64,000 bases of DNA from a virus. The notes below the pieces were generated by a model that was not told where the DNA came from, ran no database searches, and saw nothing but the letters and a program-made list of their open reading frames with translations. This document shows, one piece after another, positions 9,771-17,879 of the stretch (position 1 is the stretch's first letter; the number at the start of each line of letters is the position of its first letter). The translations under genes were made by a program, and so were the position numbers. Where the stretch lies: IMG/VR virus record IMGVR_UViG_3300032282_001564, positions 32,001 to 96,000 of that record, one strand, 5' to 3'.

Positions 9771-11843
9771 ATGGCATATGATTTAGTTAAAACAGACGGT
9801 TCCCACTTAACAACCTTAGGTGATGGTTATATTGATACCAGCACTGGTATTAATCTAATCGGGCGTAATACCCCGAGCTATGGCGACGCACAAAACGAAA
9901 ACTTTATTCGTTTATTAGAAAATTTTTCTGGCAAGCTAGATCCAAGCCAGCGTGGCGCTATCAATGCGTTAACTGGTACACTATGGTACGACACTAACAC
10001 AAATACTCTAAGAGCATACGATGGTATAAACTGGAACACAACAAGTGGCCCAATCGTTGCAAACACCGCACCACTATTAACAGGCGGTACTGAATCATTA
10101 AAGTTTGGCGCACTATGGTATGATGTTCCTAACCAACAATTAAACACATGGACTGGTGTCGAGTGGAAATTAGTTGGACCACAAGCTAAAGCTAGCCAAG
10201 GCAAAAGCGGAAACTATGTTGAAACAATATTAGATCCAGCTGGTGTTTACCATATTGTAGTTAACCAATACATTAACAATAATTTAGTCAGCATTACTAG
10301 TTTTGATGGTGAGTTTACTCCATTGACAGCTATTGCTGGATTTACAACTATTCGTCCAGGTGTTAACTTAACAACATTAAATGTTAGTACTGTATTAAAT
10401 GGCACAGCAACTAACAGTATTAAATTTAATAACTTATTTGCCAATGCATTTGCTAGAGTTGACCAACCAACTACATTTACATCAGATGTTTCTGTCAACG
10501 GAAACTTAATTTTATCAAGTGCTAACATTTATTATAATTCTGCAAGCAAAAGTCTAACAGCATACAATTATGCACTAAATGGCAATGTTGACATTTATGT
10601 TAATAAGGCCGCAGTTAAAACTAGTGTACTACATATCAATGGCGCTACTGGTTTAGCAGAAATTAACGGCGACCCAGTTACTGATAATGGTATAGCAACA
10701 AAACACTATGTAGATCAAATTAATGACGAACTGTTTGCTAACCTAGATGTTACAACAGGTCGTTTACAATATGCCTTAGATAACTTTAATACTGATTATC
10801 TATCTAATATTAACGCAGTTATTAGTTCAACTAATGCCAACCTAAATGCTGTACAAGCAGGCATTAACTCAAACGTAACTACATTAACAACTTTAACAAA
10901 TAATAGATTAAACTATGCTAACGTCTACTTAAATTTCTTACAACAAGAAGTTGAAGTAGTAGCCTACAGTGATTCGTTAAAGGCCCCAATTGAAAGCCCA
11001 ACCTTTACTGGCAATGCAATAGCACCAAACGTAGCCGCAATGAATAATTATATTACTTCATTGGCAGGTAGTCAGTATCAAATTAGTTTAGTTAGCCCAG
11101 TAGCATCTGTAGCAAATGGCGCATTCTTAACGCAACAAATTGTATCTACTCCTTGGTCATCAAATACTGTATACAACTTAGGTTCGATTGTTTATCATGG
11201 CGGTAATAGTTATGTAGTCAACGGTAACGTGTTTGCTAATACATGGGCAAACGTAGTAACTGGTGCGGCACAATATGTATACAGCGGTTCTATATTAACA
11301 ACTGGAAACTATCGTGTAATCGCAAACGTAAATGGATCAACTACAGTCCCTGTCACTGTTATTACAAATAATTTAAACTTTACATACCCAAGCGTAGTTG
11401 AAATTAACGGCGTTGTAATTAATAATCAAATTACAGGAATAAGTTTAATTTCTCCAGGACTAAGTTACCCTGGTATTGGTGATAACAGCGGACGTATTGC
11501 AACTACAGCCTACGTTGATGCAACTGCTAACTTAGTATATGGTGACTATGATCACCGTATTAGACAAGAAATAACAAACCGTATTAATTATGTTGACACA
11601 TCAGTTGCACCAAAGGCAAATATTGCCAGCCCAACACTTACAGGAACGCCGGCCGCCCCAACAGCAACCCCATTAACTTGGTCAACAGCCGGGCACAATC
11701 CCTTAAGTGGTGACACAACTACAACTATAGCAACTACAGCATACGTAGCAACGTCAATATCAAATCAAAAATTTAACTATACAGTTTCTACACAACCTCC
11801 TAGTGGTGGTTCTGATGGGGATTTCTGGTTCCAGGTGGATTAA
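9771..11843 (+). CDS. Tail fibre protein 1
   Basis: Shared N-terminal module (NENFIRLLENF, G-x-LWYD); fibre motifs ATKHYVD, APIESPTFTG, IATTAYV; C-terminal PSGGSDGDFWFQV. Confidence 0.75.
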   Translation: MAYDLVKTDGSHLTTLGDGYIDTSTGINLIGRNTPSYGDAQNENFIRLLENFSGKLDPSQRGAINALTGTLWYDTNTNTLRAYDGINWNTTSGPIVANTAPLLTGGTESLKFGALWYDVPNQQLNTWTGVEWKLVGPQAKASQGKSGNYVETILDPAGVYHIVVNQYINNNLVSITSFDGEFTPLTAIAGFTTIRPGVNLTTLNVSTVLNGTATNSIKFNNLFANAFARVDQPTTFTSDVSVNGNLILSSANIYYNSASKSLTAYNYALNGNVDIYVNKAAVKTSVLHINGATGLAEINGDPVTDNGIATKHYVDQINDELFANLDVTTGRLQYALDNFNTDYLSNINAVISSTNANLNAVQAGINSNVTTLTTLTNNRLNYANVYLNFLQQEVEVVAYSDSLKAPIESPTFTGNAIAPNVAAMNNYITSLAGSQYQISLVSPVASVANGAFLTQQIVSTPWSSNTVYNLGSIVYHGGNSYVVNGNVFANTWANVVTGAAQYVYSGSILTTGNYRVIANVNGSTTVPVTVITNNLNFTYPSVVEINGVVINNQITGISLISPGLSYPGIGDNSGRIATTAYVDATANLVYGDYDHRIRQEITNRINYVDTSVAPKANIASPTLTGTPAAPTATPLTWSTAGHNPLSGDTTTTIATTAYVATSISNQKFNYTVSTQPPSGGSDGDFWFQVD

Positions 11844-11846
11844 AAC

Positions 11847-12908
11847 ATGTCATATGGTCGCGGCGTCTTTGTTAAGCGAAACGGAATATGGACTGAAACA
11901 ACTCCACGAATCTTTGATTCAAATATAGCACCCGTTGATTCTGTAACAGTAACAATTACTGTAAATGGTGCTGGTGGTGGGTCGGGTGCCAGTGATGCCG
12001 CAGGTGCAGGATACACAGGAATCCCAGGTCGCCGTGTTACCGGTACTATTACACTACATCAAAATGATTTTTTACAAATAGCCTGTGGATCTGCAGGTGC
12101 CGACGGCAGTGGTGGCGGTAATGCCGCTGGCGGTACTAATCCATTGGGATTCAATGGTGGTCAGGGCGGATATCCTGGCAATGAAGGATCGTCCGGTGGT
12201 GGTGGCGGCGGCGGAGCTGCCAGTGTTGTTCTATTAAATAGAGAAGTTATTATTGTTGCTGGTGGTGGTGGTGGAGGCGGTGGCTCTGGTGCTAATTCCC
12301 CGGGACGTGCGGCCGCTAATGCAAGTCAAAATACAGGATCTAATTTAGGAACACCTGGGCAAGATAAAACCTACGGTGGTGAGCATCCAGCACCACAGGG
12401 TGGTGGTGGCGGTTGTAAGATTATCTGTACTAAGCTGTATCAGTTGGGACTACTACCAGAAGAAATATATGCGGCAGACCAAGCCTACGGAGAACAACTA
12501 CAAGAACGTATGCCTATGTTATACAATGGATATCGTGCATGGGCAGAAGTTGTTGTTGATTGGATGAGCGGAAGCGGTCCTAAGATGATGCCTTGGATGT
12601 CGGATGAAGAATTTAGTCAGGCCGCTACTAAGTGGTCAGTTAAGTGGGCAGAAGATATTGCTACACCATGGGCTGAAGAAATGGCTTATCAAATGGGATC
12701 AAGAGACCAAGGTAACTTAATTGGTAAAGCAATTATGGCTGTTGGTGTACCTATTAGTATCGTTGTTGGTGTGTGGAATAAAGTATTTGGCGAAAGCAAA
12801 CGCCCAACAGGATTTGTTAAAGGTATAGCATTAATTGGTGTATTTACATTGTTACGCAGTATTGTAGCAGTAGGAAATACTCTAAAGAAAATTAAAGGAA
12901 GCAAGTAA
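11847..12908 (+). CDS. Glycine-rich adhesin-like protein, fragment A, with C-terminal 'CKIICT' module
   Basis: N-half of an ALK/LTK-like Gly-rich domain (IIVAGGGGG), then EHPAPQGGGGG|CKIICT at 12414, ending in a hydrophobic tail. Confidence 0.7.
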   Translation: MSYGRGVFVKRNGIWTETTPRIFDSNIAPVDSVTVTITVNGAGGGSGASDAAGAGYTGIPGRRVTGTITLHQNDFLQIACGSAGADGSGGGNAAGGTNPLGFNGGQGGYPGNEGSSGGGGGGGAASVVLLNREVIIVAGGGGGGGGSGANSPGRAAANASQNTGSNLGTPGQDKTYGGEHPAPQGGGGGCKIICTKLYQLGLLPEEIYAADQAYGEQLQERMPMLYNGYRAWAEVVVDWMSGSGPKMMPWMSDEEFSQAATKWSVKWAEDIATPWAEEMAYQMGSRDQGNLIGKAIMAVGVPISIVVGVWNKVFGESKRPTGFVKGIALIGVFTLLRSIVAVGNTLKKIKGSK

Positions 12909-14581
12909 TGGCAGACGGAGGCGGCGGAGGCGGCGGAGGCGGAGGCCACTGGGGCGGTATTGGTGGCGCAACCTACGGCGGAGATGATGGTGCGTATAGT
13001 GGAGCTTTTGGTGGCTCCTTGGCTCCTGCTGGCTTTACTACAAGCGTAGGACAAACAGGTCAAGGGTCGGTAGTAATTACATATACAGCTACACAACAAT
13101 TATTTGTTGGCGGCACAGTTACCCATAATGGTACAACGTGGACTCATACTTTTGCTCCGGGTACTACAACTTATTTTGTATCAAATTTCCCGGGACCTTA
13201 TAAACAAATTAGACGTGGATGGGCTAAACTCAATGGTACATGGAAAGATTTTTATCCTAGTACAGGTGCTGTGTCCTTTGCTTCATATGGACAGATAATA
13301 GCCAAACTACCACACCTTGATCCTTCAATGGAAGTTAGTCCCGATATTGCTGGTTTATTGTCGCAAGGTATTACTGTTACTCCGACAACTACTGGAGTAG
13401 CACCAGCGGATACTGATGCAACTAGGGAATGGTTTAACTATCAGAGTGGATTAATAGCCGCATCTGTAAAACAATATTATCTAAGTCAGGTTACTCCGTA
13501 TCCTGTAACTGCAAGTTATTTTGTAGCTCATATGCTACCTAAGCCAGATGGAAAAGTAGTAGTACAGGACTACACAGGTTCAGCAGTTAATTTTTCTAAT
13601 GTATCTAACATAGTAGGAACTGCATACACTTATATTTTTGATCCAACACATAACGCACAAAATTTAAAATACGAAGATGATTTTATAAACGCTGTAAACT
13701 CAGCAATTATGTTGAGCAACATTAATAAAGAAATAGCATGGGATAGTCCTAGCCAAAGTTTTACTTTTAAAGTACCAAGAGGCATTCATAGTGTCAGCGT
13801 TGACGTTGTCGGCGCCGGAGGCGGTGGTGGTGGGTCTGACGAAGTTGGTGTAGGATCAGCCGGAGGCGGTGGTGGGTCGGGTGGATATCAAATAAATCAA
13901 ATATTAAATGTTGTGCCAGGAGAGTACTTAACTATTACTCCGGGTAAACCTGGCTTTGGCGCACCTTTTGTAGGACGGACTACTCGAGCACCAGCCGGTG
14001 GCGCCGGTGGCGATTCTATCATTGCTGGAGAGTTTGGCAGTATAACTGCAACTGGCGGTAAAGGTGGTGCAGGTGGTGCTAGTGACGAAATACCACAACC
14101 AAGTGGCGGTGGAGGTGGCGGCTGTAAAATTATCTGTACTAAACTACATGAGTTTGGTTACTTGTCAGATCACATATACGAAGCTGACGAACGCTTTGGC
14201 GAATACTTACGAGCCAACGATCCATACGCATACTATGGATATGTTAAATGGGCGTCAGTTGTTGTTGACTGGATGGAAAAAGATGGCCCACAATGTATGT
14301 TCTGGATACGTGATAAAGAAAAGCGTAACCAAGCACAACGTACAATGGCAATTAACTGGGCAAGACGTATTGCTACACCATGGGCAGAACATATGGCCTA
14401 CATAATGGGCGTAGGAGAAAAAGACAATCGTGCAGGTAAGCTAATCATGAAAACAGGTATGTGGGTAAGTCGCATGATTGGTAAGTATACAAAAACAACA
14501 GAACCAACTAAGAGTGTAGCACTAGGTTACGTAATGTGGGCTACATTTGGTGTATTCTGGTTATTAGCGGGAGTTAAATAA
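12908..14581 (+). CDS. Glycine-rich adhesin-like protein, fragment B, with second 'CKIICT' module
   Basis: Starts with the C-half of the first Gly-rich domain, carries the N-half of a second (FKVPRGIHSVSVDVVGAGGGG), then EIPQPSGGGGGG|CKIICT at 14123. TAATG-coupled to fragment A. Confidence 0.7.
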   Translation: MADGGGGGGGGGGHWGGIGGATYGGDDGAYSGAFGGSLAPAGFTTSVGQTGQGSVVITYTATQQLFVGGTVTHNGTTWTHTFAPGTTTYFVSNFPGPYKQIRRGWAKLNGTWKDFYPSTGAVSFASYGQIIAKLPHLDPSMEVSPDIAGLLSQGITVTPTTTGVAPADTDATREWFNYQSGLIAASVKQYYLSQVTPYPVTASYFVAHMLPKPDGKVVVQDYTGSAVNFSNVSNIVGTAYTYIFDPTHNAQNLKYEDDFINAVNSAIMLSNINKEIAWDSPSQSFTFKVPRGIHSVSVDVVGAGGGGGGSDEVGVGSAGGGGGSGGYQINQILNVVPGEYLTITPGKPGFGAPFVGRTTRAPAGGAGGDSIIAGEFGSITATGGKGGAGGASDEIPQPSGGGGGGCKIICTKLHEFGYLSDHIYEADERFGEYLRANDPYAYYGYVKWASVVVDWMEKDGPQCMFWIRDKEKRNQAQRTMAINWARRIATPWAEHMAYIMGVGEKDNRAGKLIMKTGMWVSRMIGKYTKTTEPTKSVALGYVMWATFGVFWLLAGVK

Positions 14582-14582
14582 A

Positions 14583-14996
14583 ATGGGAATTAGTTTAGAA
14601 GAGTTTTTAAAAGATAGAGAAGCTTGTGCTCATTGCGATGAAACAGGCAACCAAGAAACTTGCATTACTACATTGCTAAGTCGTGAAGATAGTTGCATTT
14701 TTTATAACGCATTAACTAAAAATGGTGACCCACACGATGATACTGATGTAGCGTATTTGCAAAACTTCCGAGCAGTAATGCCGGGGCACAAAGTACTTGA
14801 TTATTATGTTCGTGCTAGTAAGATAGTACAGGCAATCAATGATGAGCCCGGTGATCACACAGATCTATGGATGGATATTACTCGACAATATGTACATCCA
14901 ATTATTGCAGAAGTACGTTCTGGAAAAAATGAAGAAGCGTATGCCGCTATTTTGGCAATGCTTGATACATTAGAAACAGGAAAACAAGGAGAATAA
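14583..14996 (+). CDS. Stand-alone CFI-box-CTERM-like helical protein
   Basis: CITT...LQNFR...LDYYVRASKIVQAI...YVHPII...GKNEEAY resembles the CFI-box-CTERM consensus as I recall it. Confidence 0.55.
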   Translation: MGISLEEFLKDREACAHCDETGNQETCITTLLSREDSCIFYNALTKNGDPHDDTDVAYLQNFRAVMPGHKVLDYYVRASKIVQAINDEPGDHTDLWMDITRQYVHPIIAEVRSGKNEEAYAAILAMLDTLETGKQGE

Positions 14997-14997
14997 T

Positions 14998-15306
14998 ATG
15001 CCAGCAGGTGGAGCAGGTGGATTACCAAACGGAAATCCTGGAGCAGACGGCGAACAAGGTAGTGTTGAGAGTAGTTCCAATACTGGTGGCGCTGGCGGCG
15101 GCACACCTTTTGGCGTAGGCGGATCTAGTAGTATTTCGTATCCTAACGGTACCAGAGGTACTGGGTATGGGGCAGGCGGCGGAGGTGCAAGTGCTCCTAA
15201 CGGTGTAGACCCTCTTAACTGGACGGGCGGCGATGGATCATTTGGGTTAATTACAGTATATTGGGGTCCTAAGTATGATCCTAACTATACTAATAAGCCC
15301 TATTAG
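14998..15306 (+). CDS. Glycine-rich adhesin-like protein, fragment C
   Basis: GGAG SD; supplies the typical domain ending GYGAGGGG...GGDGSFGLITVYW that fragment B lacks. Confidence 0.7.
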   Translation: MPAGGAGGLPNGNPGADGEQGSVESSSNTGGAGGGTPFGVGGSSSISYPNGTRGTGYGAGGGGASAPNGVDPLNWTGGDGSFGLITVYWGPKYDPNYTNKPY

Positions 15307-15342
15307 GAATTATGATAAGTATAGTATAAAGAGAACAGTAAT

Positions 15343-17289
15343 ATGGCATATACAATAACAAAAACAGACGGTACAACCCTAACAACTATCAATGATGGGT
15401 TCTTAGACACGAGTACCAGCCTAAGTTTACCCGGTCCAAACTATGTTGGATACGGTCAAAAACTCAACGAAAATCTAGTTTATTTGTTAGAAAATTTTGC
15501 CGGGAATAGTTCTCCAACTGGTTTAAACGTTGAAGGACAACTGTGGTATGACAAAATTAATACTACATTAAACGTCTTTACAAAATATGGATATCTTCCT
15601 GTTGCTGGTGTAGTAGTATCTGGCAGTCGTCCAGTAGTACAAAAAGTTGGCGACGTTTGGTTTAATACAGCAACTAATCAATATTACTTGTATGATGGTA
15701 CTGACTATAGATTAGTCGGGCCAGTGTACACTAAAACACAAGGCGTAAGTGGCGCGATTCCTGTAGATATTATAGAAAGCCTAGGCACACCACATAACGC
15801 ACTACAATTACAATTTGGCAATACTGTTATTGCTGTCATTAGCGAAAAACCTACATACGCAGTAGGCCCTGGTGGCGGCCCAACAGGGTTTACATATATT
15901 AATCCGGGTATTACATTTAGGAATGACATCCACGCTACCATAAACAGTAACCTGGTAGGAGACGTAACAGGTAACGTAGTAGGCTATATCACTGGTGATG
16001 TAGTTGGTAACCTTAGAGGTAATGTAGTAGCATCTACATTAGTTGGTAGCTTAACTGGTAACGTAGTAGCTACAACATTAAGAGGTAACTTAACAGGCAA
16101 TACTGTTACAACCAATAGCGTTACAACAAATTTTAGCACAGGCAATGCGGTAATTACAGGTGGTTACATAACCGGCATTTCCAATATTGGTGTAACTTCG
16201 GCAACAGTACAAAACCTTAGAGCCGCTAACGCTGTAATTACAGGTGGTTACATCAATAACATTGCTAATATCTCTGTTACATCTGCCGTAGTTAATAACA
16301 TTACTATGACCACTGGTACAATTGGCGCATTGTCAATCGGAAGTGCTCAAGTTGCATCTGGTGATTTATACAATATTGGTAATATTAACGTTACTACGAT
16401 TGAAGCTGATAACATTAGCACAGGCAACGCTGTAATTACTGGTGGCTATATCAATAACATAGTTAACCTTGGTGCAAGTACCGGTAGTTTCCAAAACTTA
16501 ACAGCATCAATCATTAACGCCCAAGGCGGTAACTTTAACGGCATCAGTAACTTTAATGCCTTCACTGCTCAAACAAATAACTTTAGTACAGGCAATGCAT
16601 GGATTACAGGTGGTAACCTTGTAAGCGTACCACTGTATAACAATACTATCACAGCCGCTAACCTGGTCAATGCTACAACCGCAACTCCTGCAACTAATAA
16701 TAGAAGTACAGCAGTAGCAACAACAGCATTTGTTCATAATGTTATGCCAACTGGTGCTATTATTATGTGGGCTGGCTCAATTAATAGCATTCCGTCGGGT
16801 TGGGCACTATGCGATGGTAGTAATGGAACTCCAGACTTGCGTGATCGCTTTATTGTTGGTGCCGGTACAGCAAACATTGGTACTACTGGTGGATCTGCTA
16901 CCACAACATTAACGCAGGCAATGTTACCTCCACACATACACTCAGTTAGTTTAACCGGTAATACCAATGCTGGTGGTACACACTCACACATTGCGTCAGT
17001 TACTGAAACAGCTCACACGCACACATACGATAGAGCTACATTAAATTCTGCCGCGTTTAACTATAACAATGCATATCCACAGAGTGGCACAGCATACACC
17101 TATAGTTTAACCAACACAAGTACTACAACTGGTACAAGATCTACGGGTCTAAGCGTTGGTGTTTCACAAGCCGCTGACCATATACACTCAATTACAATAA
17201 CAGGTAATACTGGATCTATTGGTTCTAGTACATCATTTGATACACGCCCACCATATTATACATTGTGCTTCTTACAAAAGGCGTATTAA
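15343..17289 (+). CDS. Tail fibre protein 2 with tail-collar domain and His-rich tip
   Basis: Shared N-terminal module; GNVVG and NFSTGNAVITGGYI repeats; collar motif MPTGAIIMW...GWALCDGSNGTPDLRDRFIVGAG; HxH motifs; terminal PPYY. Confidence 0.85.
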   Translation: MAYTITKTDGTTLTTINDGFLDTSTSLSLPGPNYVGYGQKLNENLVYLLENFAGNSSPTGLNVEGQLWYDKINTTLNVFTKYGYLPVAGVVVSGSRPVVQKVGDVWFNTATNQYYLYDGTDYRLVGPVYTKTQGVSGAIPVDIIESLGTPHNALQLQFGNTVIAVISEKPTYAVGPGGGPTGFTYINPGITFRNDIHATINSNLVGDVTGNVVGYITGDVVGNLRGNVVASTLVGSLTGNVVATTLRGNLTGNTVTTNSVTTNFSTGNAVITGGYITGISNIGVTSATVQNLRAANAVITGGYINNIANISVTSAVVNNITMTTGTIGALSIGSAQVASGDLYNIGNINVTTIEADNISTGNAVITGGYINNIVNLGASTGSFQNLTASIINAQGGNFNGISNFNAFTAQTNNFSTGNAWITGGNLVSVPLYNNTITAANLVNATTATPATNNRSTAVATTAFVHNVMPTGAIIMWAGSINSIPSGWALCDGSNGTPDLRDRFIVGAGTANIGTTGGSATTTLTQAMLPPHIHSVSLTGNTNAGGTHSHIASVTETAHTHTYDRATLNSAAFNYNNAYPQSGTAYTYSLTNTSTTTGTRSTGLSVGVSQAADHIHSITITGNTGSIGSSTSFDTRPPYYTLCFLQKAY

Positions 17290-17879
17290 TGATAATTGAG
17301 CTTGACAATTATGTAAATGCTGAGGACCTTGCTTATATACGTGAGCAAATTGAACCACGCATTACCGGATATGGCGAGCCAAACGAATACCATAGGGCTG
17401 GCACTACTTTAACAATAGCGAAAATTTCAGAATTAACAGATTTGAATTCTCGTTTGAGCAACATATTCCGCAATGTTAAAGTACGCATCAGAAGAGATTA
17501 CCGCCCAAGTTATAGTGGCATGGGTGATAGTGGCTACGAATTCCATAGATATCAGCCCGGGGATATTTGCAAACCCCACGGCGACAGCGAAATTGTAGCT
17601 GGGGAACCACATTTACGTTACGCCAGTGTGGTACTGCACTTAAATACAGTAGAAACTGGCGGGGAATTAATATTCCCAACCCAAGATATTCGGGTAAAAA
17701 CAAAAGCAGGAAAAATAGTAGTTTTTCCGCCCTACGGCATGTTTAATCATTACACAACCCCAAGCGAAGAAGTACGAGATGTAATAGTAACTTGGTTTAC
17801 ATATGATGGATTAAGTGTTGTTAAAAACGGCATAAATATAACGAGCAATCAAGGATTATTAAATGGCATACACAATTGA
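17289..17879 (+). CDS. 2OG-Fe(II) oxygenase (prolyl-hydroxylase-like)
   Basis: RYQPG...PHGD...LHLN...GGEL.FP...VFP...NHY...R motifs; ATG overlaps the fibre stop codon (TAATG). Confidence 0.85.
   Translation: MIIELDNYVNAEDLAYIREQIEPRITGYGEPNEYHRAGTTLTIAKISELTDLNSRLSNIFRNVKVRIRRDYRPSYSGMGDSGYEFHRYQPGDICKPHGDSEIVAGEPHLRYASVVLHLNTVETGGELIFPTQDIRVKTKAGKIVVFPPYGMFNHYTTPSEEVRDVIVTWFTYDGLSVVKNGINITSNQGLLNGIHN

Noticed and set aside
12914-12946. GGAGGCGGC tandem repeat as a VNTR or contingency locus
   Set aside because: It simply encodes the poly-Gly tract of fragment B.
12381-14997. Group I/II introns or inteins explaining the split Gly-rich gene
   Set aside because: The inserts are fully coding in frame with the upstream half, end in stop codons, and lack visible intron cores or the intein C-terminal HN-C/S/T. 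Downstream fragments have their own SD and ATG. RT-PCR would still be the formal test.
11847-15306. Pseudogene, frameshift or assembly error
   Set aside because: The same junction and module occur twice with divergent DNA sequence, and all ORFs are intact and tightly coupled.
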